From Candidatus Anstonellales archaeon (GTDB taxonomy: Archaea; Micrarchaeota; Micrarchaeia; Anstonellales; J096), in assembly GCA_038890615.1 (NCBI GenBank), contig JAWAFI010000005.1, forward strand, positions 1-34,608: a DNA stretch of 34,608 nucleotides. The letters are read 5' to 3'. The position numbers and the translations under genes were made by a program. Below, in pieces: positions 17,819 to 26,710 of the stretch (positions are counted from its first letter, which is position 1; every line of letters starts with the position of its first letter). A model generated the notes under the pieces. The model ran no database searches. It worked only from the letters and a program-made list of their open reading frames with translations, and was not told where the DNA came from.

Positions 17819-18538
17819 GTGGCAGAAGAAGAGAGCATAAAGGTTGAGAAGGTCTCAATCAGTGCAGAGCTGAAAGGTGATTTGAAGGAGGTTGCAAAGC
17901 TGCTGAGCGGGGTCTCCTACCTTGAGGTGGCGCATGAAGGCAGCAGTGTAAGCGCAGCGCATATAGAAACTGTAGATATTAACAAAAAGCCATACCTCTT
18001 CTATATAGTAACCCTGAAAAAGGACTCAATAGAGATGCACTACACCATCCCACCTAAGGTTTCGCCAATAAAAAGAGAGGTAGAGGTTGTTAAGTACTTG
18101 TTCAACATATTAGAGCTTCTTTCACCTTATTATTCAATAAAGCAGGATGCCATGCTGCAGGTTGTTGAAAGCGCAATTGAAAAGGCTAGCGAGATTGTTT
18201 CTGAAGACATGAACAAGCTTTATGTGAAGTACGACCACTTGAGGAGGGAGAGCGAGGACCTTAAGAAGAGGATGGCTACTTTGCAGGATTCCAACGAAAG
18301 GCTTTCAAAGGAGAATTATGTGCTCAAGGAAAGGTATGACGCTGTTAAGCTAAAGCTTGACGAGCTGGAGAGGCTCCCTGATAGCGTGCTCAAAGTAAAG
18401 CTTCAGGATTGGCTCATAGAGCACCACGGCAAAATCGACATATGCGAGTTCGCCTCTGTTTACAAGGTGCCTGAAACAAGGGTTGAATCAGCACTCAAGG
18501 AACTGGTTGAGGAGGGTTATCTTGCCCCCAAAGATTGA
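17819..18538 (+). CDS. Coiled-coil protein with putative C-terminal winged helix
   Basis: GTG start with GGTGA SD. Heptad coiled coil at about aa 125-185. C-terminus 'GKIDICEFASVYKVPETRVESALKELVEEGYL' resembles a wHTH. Confidence 0.7.
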   Translation: MAEEESIKVEKVSISAELKGDLKEVAKLLSGVSYLEVAHEGSSVSAAHIETVDINKKPYLFYIVTLKKDSIEMHYTIPPKVSPIKREVEVVKYLFNILELLSPYYSIKQDAMLQVVESAIEKASEIVSEDMNKLYVKYDHLRRESEDLKKRMATLQDSNERLSKENYVLKERYDAVKLKLDELERLPDSVLKVKLQDWLIEHHGKIDICEFASVYKVPETRVESALKELVEEGYLAPKD

Positions 18539-21101
18539 AGGACTTCCTTCAAGAGGCAAAAAGAAGGAGTACAATTTTGACATCAAAAAGAAGTATAGGT
18601 TTGAGAAGGGCTTCAGCGTAGTTGAGAAGTCGGTGCTTGACCAGCTTAAGGAGCTGGTACATTCATTCACAAAAAAAGAAGGAGAGAAAGATGAGAAGAA
18701 AAAGGAAGCACAGGAGAAGAGGCTCAAGGAGAAGCTTGAGTCTTTTAAGCCAGTGCTAATTAAGGCTGGCATAGCCTTTGCCTTGCTTTTAGCTGTTTTT
18801 GCAGGCCTTTTAATCTTTTCAACCGGGTCAATAGAGCCCCCCATATACAGGCAAGATACTGCAATATACCAAAAAACCCTTGCAGACCAGCTTTTCATAA
18901 CAGATGCTCAGACTGCATCCTTTTCATCAGAGCAGGGGAAGAAGCTTGTTACAATGTTTCGTCTTGTCTATTTGGGCAACAACTCAACAGTAAATATCAC
19001 TGTGGAAACCTTTCCTTACCCCCTTTACAGCCACCTTTATGTTTATATTGGCGAAAGCACGCAGTCAGAAAAGCTTCCAGAGCTCTATGACCAGCTTGCT
19101 GAGCAGCTTGAGCCGGTCGGCATTACTGTCTCAAAGGTTTCTCTTGCGCAGGTAAGGGAGATACCACCTGGGTCAATGCTCCTGCTCCCTTCAGGGATGC
19201 TGCCTGAGGAATTTGTAGAAAACAATGCTGAGCTTCTGGCTCTGCTTATGAAGAAAAAGGTGCATGTGATTTACATAGGGAAAAAATGGGACAGGTACTT
19301 GAAGAAAGGGGGCACAACAGAAGCGCTTAGCGAAAGCCAAGAAAAGGCAATAGGGCTTGCTTATGGAGTGCCTTCCCAAGCCAACCAGTTGAGCATGAAA
19401 AACCCAACTTACACTGCTCAGAAAAAGGGGGTGCTGTTCTCTGCCTCCAACATCATATACGGCTCTGTTTCTGTGCTCTACGGGAAGGAAGGGGGTGTTG
19501 TGCTGATAATGCCGCAGGTTATTGACATAGGATGGGGATCAATGAAAGAGTTGGGAAGCGATATAAAGAGGATTGTTACTGAGCTTAGATGGATAGAGGA
19601 AAAGAACTCAAAGTCATTTTTGCTTTACAACAGCACAGACATGTTTATGGTGAGCGCCCCCTACTCATCAAGCGGGGCGTCCTTAAGGGTTGTTGCTTTC
19701 AATGAAAAGAACGAAACCCTAGTGCTCTCAACTTTCACCGAAAAGGATTTCCCTGGCTATGTTGAATTCGGGGGCTTCACATCCTACCACATTACTGAGA
19801 AGATTTCTGGGGCTCAGATAACCGGCACTGCCATCCTGAACGGGCAGTCCAGCGCAAAGAAAAAAATATTCTACTCCGTGCTTGAAAACGGAAGCTTAGA
19901 GGTTGACAGGAGCCAAATAGGCACGCAGCTTTTTGATGTTTCCGGGGCAGAGCCGCTTTTCAGCATAGGGGCGAAGCTTGACCCCGGCTATTATATAGTT
20001 TCAATACAGGATGAGGATGGCATAGAATACGCAAGAGGGGCTCTAATAATAGAAGACATAATCCCTTACATAACAAGGGTAAACTTTGAAAATGCTACAT
20101 TTGAAATAAGGTTTGTTAACCCTAGGTATGAGCCGGTTGTTGCTGATTCTGTGAAGATAACCGTGCGCAACCAAAAAGGGGAGAAGATAAAGGAGGCCTC
20201 TTACTTTGGGGTAAGCAGGGTGAGCTTGGCTTTGAATGAATATGCCCAGGAAGGGAAGCTGCCTTCAGAAAACTACAATTTTGCATTCAAGTTTGGGCAG
20301 GTTGAGAAAAAGCTTGCTTACTCTCCTCCTATAAGCAAGCCGTTCTGGGCAGGGATGGAATGGCTTTATGTGCCTCTCACGCTTGTGCTTATTGTCTCAA
20401 TACTTATGTTTTTCCTGCTCAGAAGGGCAGAGCCTATAGTGTACATCCTCGACATACCTGATTTTCCGCCAGTATCCAAGAAAAACATAAAGATGAAGGT
20501 TGATGATTTTGCTGAGTTATTTGAAGAGCTGAACAGGTACTACAAGTGGAAATACACGCCTCTAAGCTTGGAGGAGATAAAATTTGGCTTTACTCGGAGG
20601 ACATATGAGGGCAAAAAAATAGTTTTAAGCGACTATAACTTAAAGTACGTTCTTGACAAAGTAATAAGCTCTGGCAAGGTGCAAAAGGCATTGGACCTTT
20701 ACGTGCTTTCAAAATGGGCAAAGGAGTCAGGAAGGAATGCGCTATACCTTGCACTTTTCAGGAAGATAAGGGACATATGCCTCAATTATGTGATTCCTTT
20801 TACCCCCATGAATTCAGAGAAGGATTTTGACACCAAGCTTACGATAATAGGGCAGGAATTTTACCTCCATCTTTATGACAAGGACTTCAAAAGGATAATA
20901 AACAATGTGCTCAACAACATTACAGCCGGTATAAATGTTATCGTTTTCGCAGACACAGCAGACAAGGAGGATTTCAAGGCAAGCCTGAATGCTGAATCGT
21001 ACAGCATGAAAATACTGAAGAACGAGATAAACGGGGAGAGTGTGCTCCTCCTTACAATTGACGAGCTGGACAGCTTTGTCAAGGAGATGAAGATCATTTA
21101 G
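18522..21101 (+). CDS. Large two-TM membrane protein with a big extracytoplasmic domain and cytoplasmic C-terminal domain
   Basis: Probable TTG start at 18522 after GAGGAGGG (ORF track starts at 18483). TM1 'GIAFALLLAVFAGLLIF', about 500 aa loop, TM2 'WLYVPLTLVLIVSILMFFLL', about 225 aa tail. Confidence 0.75.
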   Translation: MPPKIEGLPSRGKKKEYNFDIKKKYRFEKGFSVVEKSVLDQLKELVHSFTKKEGEKDEKKKEAQEKRLKEKLESFKPVLIKAGIAFALLLAVFAGLLIFSTGSIEPPIYRQDTAIYQKTLADQLFITDAQTASFSSEQGKKLVTMFRLVYLGNNSTVNITVETFPYPLYSHLYVYIGESTQSEKLPELYDQLAEQLEPVGITVSKVSLAQVREIPPGSMLLLPSGMLPEEFVENNAELLALLMKKKVHVIYIGKKWDRYLKKGGTTEALSESQEKAIGLAYGVPSQANQLSMKNPTYTAQKKGVLFSASNIIYGSVSVLYGKEGGVVLIMPQVIDIGWGSMKELGSDIKRIVTELRWIEEKNSKSFLLYNSTDMFMVSAPYSSSGASLRVVAFNEKNETLVLSTFTEKDFPGYVEFGGFTSYHITEKISGAQITGTAILNGQSSAKKKIFYSVLENGSLEVDRSQIGTQLFDVSGAEPLFSIGAKLDPGYYIVSIQDEDGIEYARGALIIEDIIPYITRVNFENATFEIRFVNPRYEPVVADSVKITVRNQKGEKIKEASYFGVSRVSLALNEYAQEGKLPSENYNFAFKFGQVEKKLAYSPPISKPFWAGMEWLYVPLTLVLIVSILMFFLLRRAEPIVYILDIPDFPPVSKKNIKMKVDDFAELFEELNRYYKWKYTPLSLEEIKFGFTRRTYEGKKIVLSDYNLKYVLDKVISSGKVQKALDLYVLSKWAKESGRNALYLALFRKIRDICLNYVIPFTPMNSEKDFDTKLTIIGQEFYLHLYDKDFKRIINNVLNNITAGINVIVFADTADKEDFKASLNAESYSMKILKNEINGESVLLLTIDELDSFVKEMKII

Positions 21102-21645
21102 TTATTATCTTCCAAAATGTTTTGCCGTCTACGAATTCACAGCCAAGCTTCTCAGCCATCTTAGCTATGCCTTCATCTGCTGTGGCTATAGTGGCATCAA
21201 TCTCTTTTGCAAGCAGCACTATCTCAAAATCCTCCTGGCTGTCAACTATCCCGCTTCTCATAATTTCCCTGTACTGCTCCCTGAGCCGCTTTATCTCCGC
21301 CGCAGAGGCGCTGGGCTTAAGGGCATATTTTTCAGCAAGCTTGAGGCCCTTTCCTATCCTATATCGCACGTCCTCAAGGAAGCTCTCAAAAACAGAGGCA
21401 GGGAGGTAAAGGGCATACTTGTTCGGCGCCTTCTTCTTTACCACCATTGAGAAGCGGTCCATGCACTCAGGTATAAAGTTGCCCAATTCCTTAAAAAGCG
21501 ATGGCGGTGCATAGAACTCGTGCTTGCTTTTCTCTGCTATTTTTATGAATTTGAGCATTGCTGAGTGCGCCGAATTTGCAAAACCCTTCCTTGCATTAGG
21601 GTTTATGAAAATGCTTGTGTCAATTATAAAATTCCTTTTCTTCAT
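21094..21645 (-). CDS. Protein-only RNase P (HARP, Aq_880-like, PIN_5 family)
   Basis: Motifs 'FIIDTSIFINP', 'RYRIGKGLKLAE', 'LREQYREIMRSGIVDSQEDFEIVLLAKEIDA' and 'TADEGI..MAEKLG'. SD AAGGTGAG upstream. Confidence 0.9.
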   Translation of the reverse strand: MKKRNFIIDTSIFINPNARKGFANSAHSAMLKFIKIAEKSKHEFYAPPSLFKELGNFIPECMDRFSMVVKKKAPNKYALYLPASVFESFLEDVRYRIGKGLKLAEKYALKPSASAAEIKRLREQYREIMRSGIVDSQEDFEIVLLAKEIDATIATADEGIAKMAEKLGCEFVDGKTFWKIITK

Positions 21646-21649
21646 TCGC

Positions 21650-23032
21650 TCACCTTTTCAAGAATATGAAAAAACCATCCTTTATCATGCTGGCCAGCAT
21701 CTTCCTTAGCCTGATTGCCCCTCCCCCTCCTCCTAAAAGCACCTTCACTGCATAGTTTTCGTTTTTCTTAAGGAATGAAAGAACATTTGGAGAGCATATT
21801 ATTGCTGGCTTCTCCACCTTCCCTTCAATGTTTTCCTTCAGCCCCTCCTTCCTGACCTCTACTACAACAGCCTTTATTTCCTTGCTTGTGTTCTCTACTT
21901 TTGTGTCAGGAGCAACCCTCCTTTCAAAGACCTGCACCCCGCCTTCGCTGCCTGCCTTCTGCTCTGCAACTCCTTCTTTCAAAGGCTCTATGGGCACTGC
22001 CACTGCCTCTTCTACCAAATCCTGTTTTATTATGAGCAGCTGGGCATTTAGCTTCTCTATTGCCTCGGCCTTTGCCTCTACTGGCAACTTGCTCTCAACT
22101 ATTGCAACTGCTTCCTTAAGCTGCTCTGGCCTTGCTATCACAATCAAGTATGCTTGTGCTTCTTTCTTCTCTGCTTCCTCCTTTCTCTCCACTTCCTTAG
22201 CCTCTACTTCCTTTTTCACCTCTTCCTTGGTTTCCCCTTCCTTGATTTCTTCCTTTTTTTCCTCAGCTTTCTGCTCCTTTGCCTCCTCTTTCTTAAAAAC
22301 AAGCGCATAGCTGTCTGTTACTACTATGAACTTCTCATTCTCTATCTCTTTAAGCATCTTTCCGTCAAGGTAAAACATATCTTGTTTTCCCAAGACATAT
22401 CCTTGCCCATTTATGACCATCTCGTTCTCTGCCTTTACGAAAGAAACCTTGCCTTCAGAATCCATTACTATTGCGCCCTCAAATTTTTCAGCCCCTGCAT
22501 TTATGTCTGCAATGTTGGTATTCCCTATTAGCGCAACCCCTCCTTTATCTATGAAAATCTCCTTGGCTTCACCTTCTGGCTTGTGGAGGATCACCTTTAC
22601 ATATTTGTCCTTTATTTCCCCAACCACCAAGTAGCTGTTGTCTTCCAGCACCACCTTGCTGCCCTCTTCAAGGGCAATGCCCTCTTCTTTCGCTGAGTTC
22701 CTCAGCATTGCATTTGTTGGCACTGCTGTTTGCATGAATGCCATGCCCTTCTCATCCAACTTTAGCACTCCAACAACGTTTTCGCATGTGTTGAGCTCCT
22801 CTCCTGATTCAAGCGTGCCGTCGCTTCTAAGGAAAAACCTGGTTCCTCTCTTGAGGAGAAGGTGCTCAATGATAAGCTGCTGGTTGAGCTGGATGTTCAC
22901 AAAATCGCCTGTTGTCCCCTTTTCCACAATAGTAAGGGCAAGGTTCGGGCTTTTGCTAAGCTCTATTGGCACATTGACTATGCTCGGGTAATGCTTTGTT
23001 GCCCTTTCTTCCTTTATGGCTTCGTTTTCCAT
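21650..23032 (-). CDS. Hypothetical protein: beta-rich N-terminal half and Glu/Lys-rich linker
   Basis: Long ORF with host-like codon use. Likely start ATG 23032 (MENEAIK), leaving a TATA-containing gap before serS. Confidence 0.65.
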   Translation of the reverse strand: MENEAIKEERATKHYPSIVNVPIELSKSPNLALTIVEKGTTGDFVNIQLNQQLIIEHLLLKRGTRFFLRSDGTLESGEELNTCENVVGVLKLDEKGMAFMQTAVPTNAMLRNSAKEEGIALEEGSKVVLEDNSYLVVGEIKDKYVKVILHKPEGEAKEIFIDKGGVALIGNTNIADINAGAEKFEGAIVMDSEGKVSFVKAENEMVINGQGYVLGKQDMFYLDGKMLKEIENEKFIVVTDSYALVFKKEEAKEQKAEEKKEEIKEGETKEEVKKEVEAKEVERKEEAEKKEAQAYLIVIARPEQLKEAVAIVESKLPVEAKAEAIEKLNAQLLIIKQDLVEEAVAVPIEPLKEGVAEQKAGSEGGVQVFERRVAPDTKVENTSKEIKAVVVEVRKEGLKENIEGKVEKPAIICSPNVLSFLKKNENYAVKVLLGGGGGAIRLRKMLASMIKDGFFIFLKR

Positions 23033-23050
23033 AAGGTATTTACAGCAAGG

Positions 23051-23060
23051 TTTATAAAAA
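23051..23060. promoter_or_regulatory. Palindromic TATA box (TTTATAAA) between divergent genes
   Basis: About 20-29 nt from the serS ATG (23080) and from ATG 23032 on the minus strand. Confidence 0.55.
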
Positions 23061-23079
23061 GGAGCAGTGTTGCTCAATA

Positions 23080-24330
23080 ATGATTGATATAGACCTGCTT
23101 AGGCACAACCTTGAGCTAGTTGCCTTAAATATGGAAAACAGGGGCTACGACAAGCAAATTGCTTTAAAGGCATATGAGCTTGACAAGGAATGGAAGACAA
23201 AGAAGGAGAAGCTTGAGTTGCTTAAGTCATTGAGGAACAAGCTGAATTCAGAGATTGCAGAGCTCAAGAAGGCAGGCAAGGATGCATCTGAGCAGATAGC
23301 TGAAATGAGGGCAAAGGGCAGCGAAATACCTCAGCTTGAAAAGGAGGTTGAAATGCTGGACAGGCAGAGGAAGGAGCTGCTTCTACTTATCCCAAACATG
23401 CTGCATCCCTCAGTGCCTGTTGCCAAGGACGATTCAGGAAACGAGGTTGTAAGAACATGGGGCAATCCCTCAAAAACAGAGAAGGACACAGTGCCTCACT
23501 ACGACATGCCTGGCTTTGACTTCAAGAGGGGCGCAAAATTAGGCGGCCATAGATTTACAGTGCTTTCTGGATGGATGGCAAAGCTAGAAAGGGCTTTGGT
23601 CAATTTCATGCTTGACCTGCACACAAGCAAAGGATACAAAGAGTTCTGGCTTCCACTGATGGTTAAAAGTGAGATAATGCAGGGCACAGGGCAGCTGCCT
23701 AAGTTTGCTGAAGACCTCTATTATGTGAGAGATGACGGCCTTTGGCTCATACCTACAGCAGAAGTGCCTCTTGTAGGGATGCACAACAGCGAGATAATAG
23801 AGGAGCCGCTTCCGCTTTTCTATATGGCTTATACCCCTTGCTTCAGGAGGGAGGCAGGCCAGTATGGAAAAGACATAAAGGGTTTCATAAGGCAGCACCA
23901 GTTTGACAAGGTTGAGCTTGTTGCAATAGTTGAGCCAGAGGACAGCTTCAAGACTCTTGAGAAGATGGTCAGCGATGCAGAGGAGGTCCTTAAGCTGCTT
24001 AACATACCTTATAGGGTAGTAAAGCTTTGCTCTTCTGAAGTTTCTTTTGCGTCTGCAATGACTTACGACTTGGAGCTTTGGATACCCAGCCAAGGCCGCT
24101 ACAGGGAGGTTGGCTCTTCCTCAAACTGCACTGATTTCCAGGCAAGGAGGTCTGATCTGCGCTACAGGAAGGCTGGATTTGCAGCATATCCCCACACCCT
24201 AAACAGCAGCGGGCTTTCTGTGGCTAGGACATTGGTATCGCTTGTTGAGAACCATTATGAGGACAGGGGAATAAATGTGCCGAGAGTTCTCCAGCCATAT
24301 GCAAAAACTGAACGCGTAGAGATGTGGTAG
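23080..24330 (+). CDS. serS: Serine--tRNA ligase
   Basis: N-terminal coiled-coil arm, 'GTGQLPKFAEDLY', 'LIPTAEVPL', motif 2 'FRREAG...RQHQFDKVE' and motif 3 'HTLNSSGLSVART'. Confidence 0.97.
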   Translation: MIDIDLLRHNLELVALNMENRGYDKQIALKAYELDKEWKTKKEKLELLKSLRNKLNSEIAELKKAGKDASEQIAEMRAKGSEIPQLEKEVEMLDRQRKELLLLIPNMLHPSVPVAKDDSGNEVVRTWGNPSKTEKDTVPHYDMPGFDFKRGAKLGGHRFTVLSGWMAKLERALVNFMLDLHTSKGYKEFWLPLMVKSEIMQGTGQLPKFAEDLYYVRDDGLWLIPTAEVPLVGMHNSEIIEEPLPLFYMAYTPCFRREAGQYGKDIKGFIRQHQFDKVELVAIVEPEDSFKTLEKMVSDAEEVLKLLNIPYRVVKLCSSEVSFASAMTYDLELWIPSQGRYREVGSSSNCTDFQARRSDLRYRKAGFAAYPHTLNSSGLSVARTLVSLVENHYEDRGINVPRVLQPYAKTERVEMW

Positions 24331-24366
24331 GCGCAGTTTTTTAAACACCCCAGCATATAGTTTATT

Positions 24367-25443
24367 ATGGTTAAGCTGAGGTTCAGTGGGAGGAGCCAAA
24401 GCGTTTCTGCCTTTGATTCACAGCTTTCCAGGAACTTTGTTGCAGCAGAGGAGAGAAGCAATAGGCCTTTCTTAGACATGCTTACCGTAAAGCTTGCCAA
24501 GGAGGGCTATTCAAACATGCCCCTTGCAATGCAGTTGAGCAGTGAGAGGATAAGCTTCAAGGTTGCAGAGGGGAAGATTTACCTCCCAGATGGCTGGGAG
24601 AGCAAATGGCAGGCAAGGAAAATAGCAGTTTCAGCCCTCCTTGAGTTCTTGGGCAAAACAACAGATACGCTGAAAGCATCTGACTTGAGGGAGCACGGAT
24701 TGGGCAATGTCCTTGCTTATTATTCAAACAACATGGAAAAGCTCAAGAAGGACCTTGAGCTTGAGGACGAGGGGGCTTCAAAAAGGAGGAAGGCAGTGCA
24801 GGAGATGGTAAGTTCTTTGGGCAAGAAGCCAGAAGAGATAACGATACAGGATTTCAAGGACGCAGGCCTGTTTTATATGCTTGCAGCGTATTATGGGGGA
24901 AGCCCATACCTTGCGCTTATAGATGCCGGCTATGAGGTTGAGGAGTGGAAGATGAAGAATGCCCCCAAGGGCACTTGGGACAAGAAGGAAAACCTCGCAA
25001 AGGCAATTATATGGCTCAAGGAGCAGACAGGAAAGGAAGTAAGCCAGCTTACTGCAAGCGACTTCCATGAGCACGGATTGGGAGGCCTGATTACAAAATA
25101 TGGAGGGGTTAGTGCAGTATTCAGTGAAGTTGGGCTAAAGATAGTAAAAGACCTTCCCCAGAAGAAAGAGAGGGGCTTCTGGTCAAAAAGGGAAAATATA
25201 TTGAAAGCGGTGAAGAAGCTTGAGGAGAGCACTGGCAAGGACAGGTTTAGCTTGACCTACACTGATTTTGTTGATGGTGGGCTGAGGGGCCTCCTGAAAT
25301 CCTTTGGAGACAACTTGAGCAACCTTAAAGCTTACCTAATGGACCAATCAGGATTTACTCCTGAAGTGGCCAAATTCAAGGATAGGGCTAAAAATCTAAA
25401 TGAGCATGAAAATGGCCTTTTGAGAGGGTTTAGTAAGTATTAA
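24367..25443 (+). CDS. Tandem helical-repeat protein (four repeats of about 60-70 aa, DUF4046-like)
   Basis: Repeat consensus W..xEN..KA(I/V)..L....GK....LT..DF...GL.GL...YG, seen four times. Own TATA (TTTAAA 24340-24345). Confidence 0.65.
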   Translation: MVKLRFSGRSQSVSAFDSQLSRNFVAAEERSNRPFLDMLTVKLAKEGYSNMPLAMQLSSERISFKVAEGKIYLPDGWESKWQARKIAVSALLEFLGKTTDTLKASDLREHGLGNVLAYYSNNMEKLKKDLELEDEGASKRRKAVQEMVSSLGKKPEEITIQDFKDAGLFYMLAAYYGGSPYLALIDAGYEVEEWKMKNAPKGTWDKKENLAKAIIWLKEQTGKEVSQLTASDFHEHGLGGLITKYGGVSAVFSEVGLKIVKDLPQKKERGFWSKRENILKAVKKLEESTGKDRFSLTYTDFVDGGLRGLLKSFGDNLSNLKAYLMDQSGFTPEVAKFKDRAKNLNEHENGLLRGFSKY

Positions 25444-25468
25444 AAACCTGATCTCCTTATTTTTGACG

Positions 25469-26710
25469 ATGGAGATGGTAGAATTCGAAGGAGCCTTAAG
25501 TAAAATAAGGGTTCTTTCTGGAAAGACGCTATTTATGCTATTTTTTTTCATCTCATCCTGCTTTGCAGCAGAGATGCCTGATTATACTCTTGCGATACCT
25601 GCAGGGGCTCTTCTTGGCGTTTCTATTGTAGCTTTAGCCAAGATGGTAGGATCAGGCACAAACAACAGCGGGGTTTCTGCATGGGCCAATATTGAGCTTG
25701 CGGACTTAATTGCTGGAGCTATCCTTTCAATGGTTGCTTTTGCAGTTGTTGCAGCAACCCCTTCCTACTTAAGCATATTGGTTGGCGACAATGCAATAGA
25801 GCTTGGAAACTCCACGCTGAATGACAGCATAAACAACATAGTGATTTCACTTGATACAGTCTCTAAAATAAACAGCAAGCTCACTGCAATAGGAGGAACT
25901 TCGTTTGCTTATTCGTATGTAGGAACGGTGTTTGGTCTTGGTAAGTCAGTATACTGGACCCCTGCTGCAGGGGTTTATGCCTTAATGCCTCCTGTTTCTC
26001 AGGCGCAGTTCTCGCTTTCTACTTTCCTTTTTGCCTTCTTGGCCCTGAAGATGATGCTTTCGCTGATTGTTTCAATGGTACCGACTATACTCCTTCCAAT
26101 CTCTATTTTCTTGAGGCTAATCCCTTTCACCAAAAGGCTCGGCAGCACCCTCATAGCCCTTTCCCTTGCGCTCTACATAGGGTTTCCTGCCTCCCTTATG
26201 TTTGTAAGGGAAGTGAACTCCATTATAGCGCCTCAGCCGGCTCTTTCAAATGACATAGAAAAAGTTAAGGTTGACTTTGGATCGGGCGGTGAAATTATGG
26301 AGAGTGTTTGCACCAGCAACACGCTCAGGGGTGTTTTGGGGCTCAATGAAGTAGGTTGGGGCCTTATGGTGTGCCCTATTGTGTGCGCAGCCACAGGCCC
26401 TGGCTTCGCTGCCTGCTTTGTTTCCTGCTTCTGGCAGATTATCCCAAGGGTTTATGGAATAGTTACCGGCATAAACATGATCGTATTCAGCATAGCAATA
26501 GCTACTAGCGTAAATAGTGCGCTTGAAGGGCTTGAGCCAGGCAACCTGTATTATGTAGTATATGACATGATGCTCAATGTGCACAAGATAGGGTTCTCTG
26601 CTTTTATGGACATAGCGACGATAGCAATAGTGCTGTTCCTTCTTTTTAGGGCAATTTCAGCAGCAATAGGCGGTGAAAAATACCTATCAAGCATGGAGAG
26701 GTTGCTATGA
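25469..26710 (+). CDS. VirB6/CedA-like polytopic membrane protein, paralogue 1
   Basis: Motifs 'WANIELADL', 'LPISIFLRLIPFTKRLGSTLIAL..ALYIGFP' and C-terminal 'RAISAAIGGE'. Start ATG 25469 chosen because TATTAAAAA lies at 25438-25446. Confidence 0.65.
   Translation: MEMVEFEGALSKIRVLSGKTLFMLFFFISSCFAAEMPDYTLAIPAGALLGVSIVALAKMVGSGTNNSGVSAWANIELADLIAGAILSMVAFAVVAATPSYLSILVGDNAIELGNSTLNDSINNIVISLDTVSKINSKLTAIGGTSFAYSYVGTVFGLGKSVYWTPAAGVYALMPPVSQAQFSLSTFLFAFLALKMMLSLIVSMVPTILLPISIFLRLIPFTKRLGSTLIALSLALYIGFPASLMFVREVNSIIAPQPALSNDIEKVKVDFGSGGEIMESVCTSNTLRGVLGLNEVGWGLMVCPIVCAATGPGFAACFVSCFWQIIPRVYGIVTGINMIVFSIAIATSVNSALEGLEPGNLYYVVYDMMLNVHKIGFSAFMDIATIAIVLFLLFRAISAAIGGEKYLSSMERLL

Noticed and set aside
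21094..21645. VapC-like PIN toxin
   Set aside because: It has the HARP-specific helical insert and 'R.G.(V/L)DS.ED' motif, and no adjacent antitoxin.
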